A stretch of 63,592 bases of DNA, counting the filler, from Chiloscyllium plagiosum (lineage: Eukaryota): NCBI RefSeq assembly GCF_004010195.1. It is 5 parts of one record of this genome, joined end to end, with 100 filler letters (N's around TTAATTAATTAA, not from the genome) between each part and the next. Parts side by side here need not be neighbours in the genome. Positions count along the whole stretch, not along the records: positions 1 to 7,171 come from NC_057716.1; positions 7,272 to 13,136 come from NC_057716.1; 3 more parts are not named here. One strand, 5' to 3'. Shown piece after piece: positions 1 to 13,009 of the stretch (positions are counted from its first letter, which is position 1; every line of letters begins with the position of its first letter). Under the pieces are notes generated by a model. The model searched no databases. It was not told where the DNA came from and saw only the letters and a list, made by a program, of their open reading frames with translations. The translations under genes and the position numbers were made by a program.

Positions 1-228
1 GGTAGGTTTAGGACAGATGTTAGGGGTAGGTTCTTTACTCAGCGAGTCGTGAGTTCATGGAATGCCCTGCCAGTAGCAGTGGTGGACTCTCCCTCATTAT
101 GGGCATTTAAGCGGGCATTGGATAGGCATATGGAGGATAGTGGGCTAGTGTAGGTTAGGTGGGCTTGGATCGGCGCAACATCGAGGGCCAAAGGGCCTGT
201 ACTGCGCTGTATTCTTCTATGTTCTATG
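1..228 (+). mobile_element. CR1 LINE 3' end (ORF2 C-terminus, 3'UTR, TTCTATG tail)
   Basis: Reads GRFRTDVRGRFFTQRVVSSWNALP...FKRALDRHM, the CR1 ORF2 C-terminal motif, and ends in TTCTATGTTCTATG. A near-identical inverted copy lies at 6982-7171. Confidence 0.9.
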
Positions 229-467
229 TGCATGGCCAATTAATTCATCCACCCTGCAGCTCTCACACTCATCCAAACTAGGTGACAGCCTCAAACCTGT
301 TGAATTATTGCAAAAGCTGAGGGTCCTGTAGGGCCTGTACTGCGCTGTATTCTTCTATGTTCTATGTGCATGGCCAATTAATTCATCCACCCTGCAGCTC
401 TCACACTCATCCAAACTAGGTGACAGCCTCAAACCTGTTGAATTATTGCAAAAGCTGAGGGTCCTGT
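192..467. repeat. Perfect 138-bp tandem duplication
   Basis: 192-329 is repeated at 330-467, with near-microhomology at the junction (AGGGCCTGT / AGGGTCCTGT). Confidence 0.9.
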
Positions 468-493
468 GCTGTGGGTCCTCTTACCTGCCTCAC

Positions 494-3400
494 TTAGAGT
501 CATAGAGATGTACAGCACGGAAACAGACCCTTCAGTTCAACTTGTCCATGCTGACCAGATATCCAAAATTAATCTAGTCCCACTTGCCAGCATTTTGCCC
601 ATATCCTTCAAAAAGCTACCTATTCATGTACCCATCCAGATGCCTTTTAAATGTTATAATCGTACAGCCTCTACCACTTCCTTTGGCAACTCATTCCACA
701 CATGCACCACTCTCTGCTTGAATAAGCTGTCCCATAGGTCCATTTAATATCTTTCCCCTCTCAGTTTTAATCTATGTCTTGTAGTTTTGGACTCACCTAC
801 CCAGGGAAACGACTTTGACTATTGACCCAATCCATGCTTTGTAAGGTTGCCCCTCAGCCTCCGACACACCATGGAAAACAGCTCCAGCCTATTTAGTTTC
901 TCCTTGTAGCTCAAACCCTCCAACTCTGGCAACATCCTTGTTCATCTTTTCTGAACCCTTCCAAATTCCACAACATCCTTCTGTAGGAGAGACCAGAATT
1001 GCTCACAATACTACAAAAGTGGTTTAATCAATATCCTGTATGGCTGCAACATGACCTCCCAACTTCTATACTCAATGCAGTAACCAATAAAGGCAAGGAT
1101 ATAAAATGCCAAACGCCTTCTTCACTATCCCATTTACCTGCGACTCCACTTTTAAGGAACTATGAATCTGCACTCCAAGGTCTCTTTGTTCAGCAACACT
1201 CTCAAGGCCTTACCATTAAGTGTGTAAGTCCTGCCCTGATTTGCCTTTCCAAAATACAGCACCTCACGTTTATCTAAATTAAACTCCATCTGCAAATCTT
1301 CGGCCGATTGGCCCATCTGATCAAGATCCTATTGTACTCTGAGAGACCTTCGCTGTCCACTACACCTCCAACATTAGTGTCATCTGCAAACTTACCATAC
1401 CTCCCATGTTCACAGTCAAGCCATTTACATCAATGAGGAAAAGCAGTGGACACAGCGTCGATTGTTGTGGCACGCCACTAATCACAGATCTCCAATCTGA
1501 AAAACAACCCTCCACCACCACCCTCTGTCTTTTATCTTCAAGCCAGTTCTGTATCCAAATAGCTAGTTGTCTCTGTATTCCATGTGATCTAACCTTGCTA
1601 ACCAGTCTATCATGAGGAACCTTGTCAAACACCTTGCTGAAGTCCATATGGATCCCATCCACCACTCTGCCCTCATCAGTCCTTTTCGTTACTACTTCAA
1701 AAAAATTCAGTCAAGTTAGTGAGCCAGGATTTCCCATGCACAGTCATTTTAACTATCTCTTGTCAGTCCTTGCCTTTCCAAACACATGTAAGTCCTGTCC
1801 CTAAGCATTTCCTCCAACAACTTGCCCACCACTGATGTCAGGCTCACCAGTCTATAGTTCCCTAGCTTTTCCTTACCACCTTTCTGAAATGGTGGCACTA
1901 CATTAGCCAACCTCCAGTCTTCTAGCACTTCACCTCCAATTCCTCAGCAAGGGGCCCAGCCATCTCGCCCCTCGCTTCCCACAGAGTTCGAGAGTGTACC
2001 TGATCAGATCCTGGGGATTTATCCACCTTTATGTGTTTTAAGATGTCCAGCACTGCCATGTCTATAATAATGGCATTTTTCAAGATGTGTTTATTTCCCC
2101 ACATTCTCTTTCTTCCATATCCTTCTCCACAGTTAACATTGATACGAAATACCTGTTTAGTATCTCATCTATCTTCTGCGGTTGCACATGTAGGCAGGCT
2201 TCCTAATCTTTAAGGGGCCCTATTCCGTCCTTAGTTACCCTTTTGTCCTTTATGTATTTGTAGAATCCCTTTGGAATCTCCTTAATCCTATTTGCCGAAG
2301 CTATTTCATGTCCCCTTTTTGCCCTACTGATTTTCTTCTTAAGTATATCCCTGCTGCCTTTATACTCTTCTAGAGATTCACTCAATACCTAACATATGTT
2401 TCTTTCTTTTTTCTTGACCAAAACCTCGATTTCTCCAGTCATCCAACATTCCCTACACCTACCAGCCTTGCCCTTCACTCAGAGGGACATATTGTCTCTG
2501 GACTCTTGTTATCTTGTGATTGAATTCTTCCCAATTTCCAGCCATCCCTTTACCTGCGGACATTGCCCCCAGTCAACTTGTGAAAATTCTTGCCTAATAA
2601 CATCAAATTTGGCCTTCCTCTGGTTTAGAACTTGAAATTTTAGATCCGGTCTATCTTTTTCCATCACTGTTTAAAACTGATAGAATTATGGTCACTGGCC
2701 CCAAAGTGCTGCCCACACCTGAGTCACCTGCCCTGCCTTATTTCCCAAGTGTAGGTCAAGGTTTGCACCATCTCTAGTAGGTGCATCCACATTCTGAATC
2801 AGAAACATTTTCCTGTCCACACTTAACAAATTCCTCTCCATTCAAACCCTTAACACTATGGCAGTCCCATTCTATGTGTGCATAATTAAAATCCCCCACT
2901 ATAACCACTCTATTATTCTTACAGAGAGCTGAGATCGCTTTACAAATTTGTTTCTCAATTTCCCATTGACTATTGGGGGTCTGTAATACAAGGGTCAAAA
3001 AGTATGGTGCTGGAAAAGCACAATCGGTCAGGCAGCATTCGAGGAGCAGGGGAGTTGACATTTCGAGCTTAAACTTTTCATCAGGAATGATGAAGAGCTT
3101 ATGCATGAAATGTTGACTCTCCTCCTCCTTGGATGCTGCCTGACCGCTGTGCTTTTTCAGCACTGCATGTTTTGACTCTGAACTCCAGCATGTGCAGTCT
3201 TCACTTTCTCCTAGGTCTACAGTACAATCCCAGTAAGGTGACCATCCCTTTCTCATTTCTTACTTACACCCAAATAACTTCCCTTAATGTATTTCCAGGA
3301 ATGTGCTCCACAAGTACAACAGTAATGTTATCCTTAATCAAAAACACCACTCCTCCCTCCTCTCTTGCTCCCCTTTATATCCTTCCTATAGCATCCAAAC

Positions 3401-3790
3401 CCTGTAACATTAAGTTGCCAGTCCTGTCCATCCCTGAGCCACATCTCTCTAATTGCTATGATAGCCCAATCTCACGAACCTAACCATGCCCGCAGTTGAT
3501 CTGCTTTATCTGTTAGCCTCTTGCATTGAAATAAATGCAGTTTATCAGTCCTATCTCATTCTCTGCTTTGTACCTGCCTGCCCTGATTGTTTGACTTCCT
3601 CCGTTTCCCAATTGTATCTGTGTCAGACTGCTATCTTTCCTCAGCATACTAGTTTAAATCCTCTTGGGCAGCTCTAAGAAATCTCCCCGCCAGTATATTA
3701 GTCCCCTTCCAATTCAGGTGCAATCCATCCTTCTTGTACAGGTCACATCTACCCCAGAAGAGTTTCCAATGATCCAAGAATGTGAATTCT
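494..3790 (-). mobile_element. Degenerate CR1 LINE (ORF1 esterase end, APE endonuclease, RT, 3' tail)
   Basis: RT motifs MDFSKVFDKVPH and SGVPQ (1360-1665); endonuclease motif VIVGDFNY; ORF1 end FLDHWKLFWGRCDLYKKDGLHLN near 3650-3790; 3' tail CTCTATGACTCTAA. Many stops and frameshifts. Confidence 0.9.
2993..3212. mobile_element. PLE-derived inverted-repeat (hairpin) element inserted in the CR1
   Basis: Arms GTGCTGGAAAAGCACA...CAGGCAGCAT and ATGCTGCCTGAC...TGTGCTTTTTCAGCAC surround TTCATCAGGAATGATGAA. Same family as 39361-39540 and 42100-42345. Confidence 0.75.
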
Positions 3791-4849
3791 TCTCTGCACC
3801 GGCTGCTCAGCTGTTTGTAGTCACACCTCCTTGTTCCAGATCACTGGCCAATTCAGAAAGTCCTATGCTATGGGACATGACTTCTCGTAGAATAAAGTAA
3901 CCGTTCCCTTTCCGTAATGTGCTACAGTGTTTGCAGCTTGGCTTTCAGTTCAATAACTCTGAACCGAACGTCTTGCTGCCACAAGAACTTAGTTGCAGAT
4001 GTGTTTGCCCTGGATCACACCTAAATCTAGAAGCTTCATGTCCTGATGCTCTAGCGCATCACTAATATGTGATAATTAATTAATAATTGCCTGTTTATTC
4101 ATTTATAATTAATATGGCCTCCATCTGCCAGTTTACAATGCTAATAAAGCAATACAATGCTGATAAAAATTTCTAGTACTACCAGTTAGTAACTGTTCTC
4201 AGTTATACAAAATCAGAAATTAAATGCTGTAGGCTTGAAAACAAGAGGCAAAGCACCCTTTACTGAATTCTCCACTCAGCACATAGCAATGCTTGCAGTA
4301 AATCTTGCTTAAAGCACCTTTTCTCCCTTTGTACAAAATTCTCATTTTGATACAAATTCCCAGATAATGCAATTTTTCTTCTGACTCAGTCAAGCAAAGT
4401 CTTTCTCTCATTATGTAGCCTTACTGACCCAGTTTTTCCCATCTTTAAGCCCTTTCCCCGACCCTGCAATTTTCTCCAAATACTATTCCAGATTCTTTTG
4501 GAAAGTTTTATACTTTAATTTCAAGCAGTGCATTCCAGATTGTAACTCACTTTGTAAATCAAAATATCCCCCATTTTGTCTTTTCTTCTATAACTGATTT
4601 CCTTAAATCAATGGCCTTTTGTTCCTGACCTTTCATAAAAATTTTAAGTAGGTACAGGATATGAAGAATGGTACCATAGTATATGAGCTAATCCATTACT
4701 AGACAGCCTTACCTGTCCTTGAAGATGGCTGCAAAGGAGACCAGCCAAATCAGTTTTTGCATGTGTTGTGTTTGAAGACACAAAATAACACAAAATTGAA
4801 AACTCAACACTTAAACAAAAATAAGTTGCAAGACTTTTATATTAGATTA

Positions 4850-5170
4850 CTTACATTAGATTACTTACAGTGTGGAAACAGGCCCTTTGGCCCAACAAGT
4901 CCACACCGACCTGCCAAAGCGCAACCAACCCAGACCCACTCCCTTACATTTTACCCCTTCACCTAACACTACGGGCAATTTTGCATGGCCAGTTTACCTA
5001 GCCTGCACATTTTTGGACTGTGGGAGGAAACCAGAGCACCCGGAGGAAACCCACGCAGACATGGGGAGAATGTGCAAACTCTACACAGTCAGTCGCCTGA
5101 GGCGGGAATTGAACCCAGGTCTCTGGCACTGTGAGGCAACAGTGCTAACCACTGTGCCACCGTGCCGCCA
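4850..5170 (-). mobile_element. HE1-type tRNA-derived SINE
   Basis: On the minus strand: GGCGGCACGGTGGCACAGTGGTTAGCAC (A box), GGTTCAATTCC (B box), core TGTAGAGTTTGCACATTCTCCCC and an AATCT tail. Confidence 0.85.
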
Positions 5171-5740
5171 CATGGAATTTTTTATTTCAAGCTGTGAGAA
5201 TATTTTATGCATTTTGATATTTTAAGCATTTATTATTTCTCTTTAATTTGTTCATCTAAAATATAGTTAAAATTGCACAACACTAAAATAGATTTTTGTG
5301 TTATACAGCCACATTACAGTAGTTTTGATATTTAGTGCAATGATAGTTTTCTGAATAATTAGAATTGTTATGAACTAAATGAAATGTCTATGTTTTTCTG
5401 AGAATATCCTTCATGTGTGAGTCTTGAAAGTGAGTGACGACTGGAGTGATGCTAGTAACAGTTGAGCCTTAGACTAGCTCACATGGCACCGTATTTACAT
5501 ACCTTTCAACTAATTAGTGATCAGAACAGGATTTCTCGCTGACGTTTTCCTAACCCAAAACATTGAGGGCAATTGAAACATAGCTTTCCACAACCAATTG
5601 TTACATCTGGACCTGGTTTACATTGCACTCGTCTACAGCAGTCAGTGCATTTACCCATAGAGCCATTAGGGTTCACCTTGAATATTGCCTTAAAATGTTT
5701 ATTATGCAAATATCATTCAGCTTCACTTTCTTTTTTGCAG

Positions 5741-5843
5741 GTTGTTATCACAACTAAAACGACTGCTGATGATGTGAGTACTCAGTATACTTTGGACAAA
5801 GCGGGACACATCATTGCACAGAAACCTTCTCACATGGGCCAAG
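5741..5843 (+). CDS. Candidate internal coding exon of an unidentified host gene ([34 protein letters not shown])
   Basis: Strong acceptor CTTCACTTTCTTTTTTGCAG and donor AAG|GTATTT. Length 103 nt, only one of three frames open, and not recognisable as a transposon. An alternative donor GAT|GTGAGT follows 5773. Confidence 0.5.
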
Positions 5844-5887
5844 GTATTTCATTTTTCTTATGTCAAAGATGGGTGTGTTGCATGTTG

Positions 5888-6210
5888 GGGCGGCACGGTG
5901 GCTCGGTGGTTAGCATTGCTGTCTCACAGCACCACGGTCCCAGCTTCGATTCCAGCCTTGGGTGACTGTCTGTGTGGAGTTTACACATTCTCCCCCTGTC
6001 TGCGTGGGTTTTCTCCGGGTGCTCCAGTTTCCTCCCACAGTCCAAAGATGTGCAGGTCCAGTGAATTGGCCATTCTAAATTGCCCATAGTGTTAGGTGCA
6101 TTAGTCAAAGGGAAATGAGACTGGGTGGGTTACTCTTCGGAGGGTCGGTGTGGACTTGTTGGGCTGAAGGGCCTATTTCCACACTGTAGGGAATCTAAGC
6201 TAATCTAATC
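5888..6210 (+). mobile_element. HE1-type SINE
   Basis: GGGCGGCACGGTGGCTCGGTGGTTAGCA head, TGTGTGGAGTTTACACATTCTCCC core and AATCTAATC tail. Confidence 0.85.
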
Positions 6211-6981
6211 ATCCTTGTATTTAAGCGAGTTCACATCTCAACTTTTTGAATTTTCAACTGTTGTAGCGAACTTTGGAACAAATTAAGGCAAAGTTCAATT
6301 TAATTAATTTAATAATTTATCATTTAATATATAATAATTTATATTATTATTAAATGATAACAGCTGGAAGCAGCATCAACAAAATAAGATCAAATATACA
6401 GTATGTTTAGTAGTATATAAGGGAAATTCTGTATGTTTTAAATGAATAAATTTGCAGTGATTGGATGTCAGAAGTAAGGATATAAATTAACTTTAAGATG
6501 TCAAATAACATCATGGCCAGGAGTTTGCAGTCAGAGGTGAATCAACGATGCTTGTTGCTAAAGGACATCAAGAAACGTTGCTCGCGAATGTTTTTGCTAT
6601 TTCTGTGGCATGAATTTCCTCTTTCAATCATTATTACAAATATGACGTCAGGTTGAGGGGATTGTGAGGTATACAGTAAGAGCGATGGCATTAAATAGAT
6701 TAATTGGAACATTCTTGAATATCGAATATTCCAATGGACAGTTACCACAAAGTAAAATGCACTGAGTTTTCCGCTTGCTGACTGCAATAGTTTAAATAAC
6801 AATAACTGATTGGGACTTGCAATGGGGACTGAAACATAAGATGCACCAACTTTCTTTAGAAAAGTTAAAATGTGCATTTTAATCGTACTGGAATGTCAAA
6901 CATCTCCATTAATATAAAATTTGCTTTTCAAGGCTAGTGAGGCTATTCAGTAATAAATATGTCACAATCCCAGGTACACCT

Positions 6982-7171
6982 TAGAACATAGAACATAGAA
7001 GAATACAGCGCAGTACAGGCCCTTCGGCCCTCGATGTTGCGCCGATCCAAGCCCATCTAACCGACACGAGCCCACTATCCTCCATATGCCTATCCAATGC
7101 CCGCTTAAATGCCCATAATGAGGGAGAGTCCACCACTGCTACTGGCAGGGCATTCCACGAACTCACGACTC
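6982..7171 (-). mobile_element. CR1 LINE 3' end
   Basis: SSWNALPVAVVDSPSLWAFKRALDRHM plus a TTCTATG tail; near-identical to 1-228; truncated by a gap. Confidence 0.9.
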
Positions 7172-7271
7172 NNNNNNNNNNNNNNNNNNNNNNNNNNNNN
7201 NNNNNNNNNNNNNNNTTAATTAATTAANNNNNNNNNNNNNNNNNNNNNNNNNNNNNNNNNNNNNNNNNNNN

Positions 7272-7626
7272 TAACACCTTCAACATATTGTCTGGCTATC
7301 ACCATTGGTACCGGCTAACCCGAGAATGCAACTTTTAAAAAAAGGGTTTTGTGATTTACACATGAAAGAAGTGAAACTATCACTGTATTCTAACAGATGA
7401 AAGGCTTAACAGACAATCAATTTTTCAATGTATAATTTCAGTTACATCACACTAAATTTTTGCCATAAATTCTGTGTTAGGATTGAGCCCTCCACTATCA
7501 CCTGATGAAGGAGCGTCGCTCCGAAAGCTAGTGTACTTCCAATTAAACCTGTTGGACTATAACCTGGTGTTGTGTGATTTTTAACTTTGTACACTCCAGT
7601 CCAACACCGGCATCTCCGAATCATGA
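7272..7626 (+). mobile_element. Penelope-like element 3' end / pLTR
   Basis: Carries a hammerhead motif and the tail AAACCTGTTGGACTATAACCTGGTGTTGTGTG, shared with the GIY-YIG-bearing copies at 53040-53937 and 56665-57308. Confidence 0.75.
7499..7533 (+). ncRNA. Minimal type I hammerhead ribozyme motif (PLE)
   Basis: CAC-CUGAUGA-A-GGAGC(GUC)GCUCC-GAAA-GCUA-GUG: both conserved core boxes, 5-bp stem II, 3-bp stem I, and a palindromic AGCU in place of helix III. Confidence 0.7.
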
Positions 7627-7629
7627 ATC

Positions 7630-10600
7630 CCATATTACAACATCACAGTTAAAAGGATTGTAGAAGAATTACTTCAATTTTTTTTTTATTAGATACGGAC
7701 TGCCAATAGAGATCCAGTCAGATCAAGGATCAAATTTCACATCCGAACTATTCAAGTGGGTTATGGAAACTTAGGAATAAAGAAATTCAAATCTACTGCG
7801 TACTATCCAGAATCGCAGAGAGCACTAGAGAGATGGCATCAAACACTAAAGACCAGGTTGAGGGCTTGTGGTCAGGATTATCCAGATGATTGGGATAAGG
7901 GAGTTTCGTTTGTACTTCTTGCGATTAGAGATGCACCAAATGAACTGACCAAATTCAGTCCATTTGAATTATTTTGGGGACATGAAGTAAGAGGACCATT
8001 AAAACTGATTAAGGAGAAATTAGTAAGTTAGAATTCAGAGACCACTCATTTGGACTGTGTGTCAAATTTTAGAGAACGACTAAATAAAGCTGGAGAGTTG
8101 GCTAGACAGCATTTAAACGTACCACAGCATACAATGAAACAGAAAATGGATAAGAAATCACAAATTTGCAATTGGGGATAAGGTATTGGTAGTACTTCCA
8201 GTGATAGGTGAGCCTTTAAAAGCAAGGTTTAGTGGACCTTACCAAACTGAGAAGAAATTCAGTGTGGTGAACTACTTGCTAAGGATTCCAGACAGGAAGA
8301 AATCTCACAGAGTGTGTCATGTGAATATGCTCAAAAGGTATTTTGATCGGGAAGGAAAGCAAGAGGAGAAGGTGTTAATGATTACAGCACAGAAGGAAGA
8401 ACCAAGTTCAGAGGATCCTAAATTGAACATTCCTCAAATCAAATCGGACAATGAGGAAGTTGTCAAAAATTGGGATAAATTATTGAATTACATTCTCCAC
8501 AAATACCGAAATGACCTGAAAGAGTTATTACTATCACATGGGGAGATATGCATAAATAAACTGGGAAGTACTAACCTAATTGTGCATGATGTAGTTATAG
8601 GAGATGCTGTTCCAATTAAGCAACATCCTTATAGGCATAACCCCATAAAGTTGGCACAGGTTCAGAAGGAGAGTGTGCTTGCTCCAAGATGGCATAATCG
8701 AAGTAAGTTACAGTGACTGGAGCTCACCCACAGTCATGGTGCCAAAGCCAGATGGTACCCAATGGTTATGTGTGGACTATTGCAAAGTAAACGCCATTAC
8801 AAAGACTGATGCATATCCAATTCCAAGGTTGGAGGACTATGTCAAAAAGTGGGACCAGCAACTTACATTTCTAAGTTGGACTTGCTCAGAGTCTATTGGC
8901 AAGTACCTCTGTCAGAGAGAGCAAAGGTAATTTTTGCTTTCATAATGTCAAATGGACTGAATTAGTTCAAAGTCATGCCATTTGGTATGAAAAATGCCCT
9001 AGCCACATTTCAGAGACTGACTAATAAGGACATTGCTGGATTACCCAACTGTGTGGTGTATATTGATGACCTGGTGATTTTTAGTCATTCATGGAAGGAA
9101 CATTTACAGCATTTATCAGACTTGTTCAATCAACTTCAGAAGGCAGGTTTGGCAGTAAACCTAGCTAAAAGTGAATTTGCCAAAGCCCAAGTCACCTTCC
9201 TGGGCCATGTTATTGGACATGGACAAATGGTCGCATGAGATGCAAAAAGAAACATAATTGGGGAACTTGCTACACCGTCGAAAAAAAAAGCAGTACTACC
9301 ATTCCTGGGATTGAGTGGATTTTATCAAAGGTTTGTGCCAAACTTTAGCAGTGTGACTGTTCCACTCGCCAAATTGTTAAAAAAGGGCAAGACATTTCAG
9401 TGGACAGAAGGCTATCAAAAGACATTTGACAGTCTAAAAACTGTTAACCACTGCTCCAGTATTCGCCACACCAGATTACACAAAGCCTTTCAAGGTGGCT
9501 ATCGATGCCAGTGGGTGTCAGTGTGGTGCTCCTGCAGGAGGATGACAAGGGTATTTTTCCAGGAAGTTGAATGTTCATCAACAGAAATATTCATCGGTGG
9601 AGAAAGAAACTTTAAGCTTGGTGCTGGCATTACAGCACTTCAGTGTTTATATTACCAGCAATGCATCTGAGACAATCGTATACACTGATCACAACCACTG
9701 ACATTTGTGGAAAAATTTAAGGACAAAAATACCAGACTGTTTAGATGGAGCTTGTTGTTGTAGCCATTCAACTTGACAATTCTGCGTGTGACAGGTCATG
9801 AAAACGTGATTGCTGATGTGTTATCGAAACTCGAATGAGATACGGAGGTGTTCAGTGATGGGTGTACTGCAGCCTGAATTAGCATGTGTTTGTGTATGTT
9901 TGCATGCTCATAATTAGTATAGTGTATGTGAGTGTTTAGACTACTAACTGGGTTTTAAAGGGTTAAACATGAAGCCATCTTTTGGTATTAATGGTTTTTT
10001 TTAAGGGGGGGGGGGGGGGGAAAGAGGTGTCACAAAGCTAGTCCCTGTATTTTCTAAAAGCTGTTCCTTGGCTCAAGGAGAGTCTGTCCTTAATTTTTTT
10101 CAGAGGGGTAATAAACCGGGCCGAGCTCCGATCAGTCTGGTTTGGTATAGGGATGAAAAGGATTTTGAGTGACCTTTTGTTTATATGTAAACAGATGAGA
10201 CTTTAAGCCAAAGTGGTCATGTTTTAGAAGTGACCAGAATAATGAAAGGGGAGTGGTCAGCTCTCTAGCTGAGCAGTTTTAGCTCAGTTTTGAATTGGTT
10301 GGAAATTCAACAAAGAGCTGTGTGGAAACTCTCTATTTATTTTCTGCCCTTCAACTTTAACCTGTAAGCATGTGTTCCATTTATACTGGTTTTTAAAAGG
10401 AGTTTGCTTATTGGGACTGTTGTGTATATTTGGAACAGCATGATTCTAGTTGGATAGGTTGAGTTCAGTAGGGGTTCTTAATTCTGTTCTTTGTGTTTCA
10501 TTGTGTAATTTTATGAATAAATTTTTGTCTGTTTTAAAATCTAGTAGTCAACCTAGCTAACTTGATCCGGGTAACTTTCACTGTACACTTACCAAAACAA

Positions 10601-10667
10601 ATTGCAAAGGTATGGTCTGTGCTGCCTGCTTAAGAATGTTTTGAGTGGTCTGGTTTAGTCCATAACA
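7630..10667 (+). mobile_element. Gmr1-like Ty3/Gypsy LTR retrotransposon remnant (IN-RT-RH order) with 3' LTR
   Basis: Integrase motifs (IQSDQGSNF, YYPESQRALERWHQTLK, FSPFEL, FSGPY) precede RT motifs (WSSPTVMVPKPDG, MPFGMKNA, YIDD) and RNase H motifs (VYTDHN, ENVIADVLS). G-rich PPT at about 10003-10027. Confidence 0.85.
10028..10667 (+). repeat. 3' LTR of the Gmr1-like element
   Basis: Starts TGTCAC immediately after the polypurine run, contains AATAAA (about 10516) and ends CATAACA. Confidence 0.7.
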
Positions 10668-11479
10668 CATACCGACTGAGTGTTTCCAGTAATTTCTGGA
10701 TTTTTTAAAATCAAAGCTCAATTTAACACAAATTTTTGGGCAGATCCACTGGGATTCAACTCATTGGGATTTGACTATACTAAATGTTTTCCTGAGTAAT
10801 GCTTTTTAGAAGGCATTTTGCTGCAAAAAAAATAACTAAGCTGTTTTTGTACCAATCAATATATCTGAATGTACCATACAGATTAACAATAGTGTTCATT
10901 CATTTATTATAAGCTGACTTCATGTACCCATATCTATCACAAAAGTACATTTCACCACCATCACCAATTCTCCTGTATTCATATACATGAGCATGTCTCA
11001 TCCCATGCGCCAATAAGTTGCTATCATTTAAAAGAAAAATCAAATTTCTGGTTGTTTTGCAGAAATATTATAGATACAGAAGCACAATCATCATGTCTGA
11101 CTTCAATACCTGTTAAGTGTGGGACATTTTCAAAACATAGAAGAAAGAGATTCAAAAAGCAGATGTGATGTAAACAGGGTGGTACAGTTGGTGAAACCAG
11201 CCAACCAGTATCCAATGAAAATGCTACAGAATTGCTGTCAGGAGGGATCACTTACAATTTACATATCAGCATCACTGAAAGCCCTGGATGTGTTATCTCA
11301 TGATTTTTTCCCCCCTTCTGTTAGATTTTTTGCTATTGATAATGAATGTCTCATCGGTAAAGCTTGGGACACAACTTGTGCCCTCTCTATAATCAGACAG
11401 ACATTAGAACATTAAACAATTGATTTATTGAAATTGAGTGCTTCTTGACAGTCATTATTAGGTTTCCTTGGAGTCACGT

Positions 11480-11940
11480 ATAGATGACTAGCACTATATT
11501 AAGCTGAACACGTTAAGCTTAGGTTGCATGGTTCATGAATCAGGGATCTTAGCTATGCAGAGATACTGAAACTGAGGCTGTTCTCTGTACAAGAGAGGTA
11601 GTCAACAAGAGAATTGATTTTTTTTCAAAATCATGAATAGTTTTGAAACAGTAAATAAGTCAAACCACTTCCAGTGGCAGAGATAAAGCTTTAAGGTGAT
11701 TGGCAAAATAACCTGAGTAACAGAATGCTTTAAAGTGAAATACATTTCATCAGCACGTTGTTGAGATAGGCAATGCCTGAAAGGGTAGTGGAAAGAGACT
11801 CATAGTTACTTTCAATAGCCAACTGCATTATACTTGAATCCTTAGGGCTCTGGGAAAAGAGTGGGCTGTGGGAAAATTGGACAGTGTTTTCAAAGTGCTG
11901 CAAATGAGCCAAATGGCCTTCTGTGCATCATTCTATAACT
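11480..11940 (+). mobile_element. Old CR1 3' fragment
   Basis: Degenerate LSYAEILKLRLFSVQ-type ORF2 C-terminal sequence followed by a CR1-like 3'UTR. Confidence 0.55.
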
Positions 11941-13009
11941 GTAGCAATCAATCCTTTGGCATTAGGTAAGCCCAGTAGAGAGGAAGTAAAACAACAGCTT
12001 TACTGAAGGCTAAGAAATAAATTAGAATTTCATACAGTACAGTACTTTATGATCCCCATAGAGGCCAATAACATTTTTAAAATATGAATTTGCAGTGACC
12101 AATGCAAAGAACCGCATGACAAAGGTTCATTCTCAAGACTTTTACTCTAACAAATCAACCAAAATCAATATTGACTAAATATTCCTTAATAGGTAATACA
12201 TCAAACTACAGAAAATGTATTGCATCTTCTAATTTCTTAACACAATGGCAAACCCACACCATATTTATACATTGTACTGGCCTTTCCACAGACTAGTCTT
12301 AAATTTGAAATCCAACTCCTCTCAGCATTAATAGGATCCCTGTCTTGTCATGATGCATTTTCCAGTCCTGTTTTAAACCAACCTTAGTGTTTATTTGAAT
12401 AGACTTCTTGTTCTATGGTTTTATGCTGGTAATTCTATGGTCTCTAACTTTTTACAGTCTTTGTTTCCTTGAACATAGGCTCCATCTTCACCAGCTTTTG
12501 ATTGGTAATTAAGCTAAAAGCAATCCTTTTCTTCTGCTAAGCAAAGCAGCAATTACTGTGGATTCTCTTTCCTCACAAATCTTTCAGTCTGACTGCCTTG
12601 GAATCTGAGTGTCCACAGCAGTTGCTGCTTCTTCCTTTGTATCCAAGTGTGAAAACTGGCATTTGAGTTTCAACAGTGCTCTCTTCCCATGGCAAATGAA
12701 TCACATGGATGTGTCACCTGGGAGAACTAGTAGGAACTCACATGTCCACCACCATTAATCCATTTACCTTGAATTAAAGGAGATAGTTCAAAAATAGCCA
12801 TCTTATAAAGCATTCTGCTTATAAGGACCTTAATGAATAGCATTAATTTATTTATACGACCGTTTACAATTGTTGAAATGAAATTACTTTTAGAGCCATA
12901 GGCCAAGATTTAGAGACTCCACCACGTAACCAAATTGGTGCATTAACAACAGATCTGGAAACCTTGGCTCTTTATGTCGAAAATGATTTTTAATGGGTCT
13001 GGGGAGGTA

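Noticed and set aside
192..467. Perfect 138-bp tandem duplication as a functional repeat or CRISPR-like array
   Set aside because: Only two identical copies with no spacers; probably an assembly overlap or a simple recent slippage.
5888..5960. tRNA gene
   Set aside because: The A/B boxes belong to the tRNA-derived head of a SINE; there is no full cloverleaf.
4872..6108. ORFs such as METGPLAQQ.. and MTNAPNT..
   Set aside because: Chance reading frames through HE1 SINEs.
7172..7271. TTAATTAATTAA inside N runs (also about 13181, 28748 and 57685)
   Set aside because: Artificial six-frame-stop linker placed in assembly gaps; not biological.
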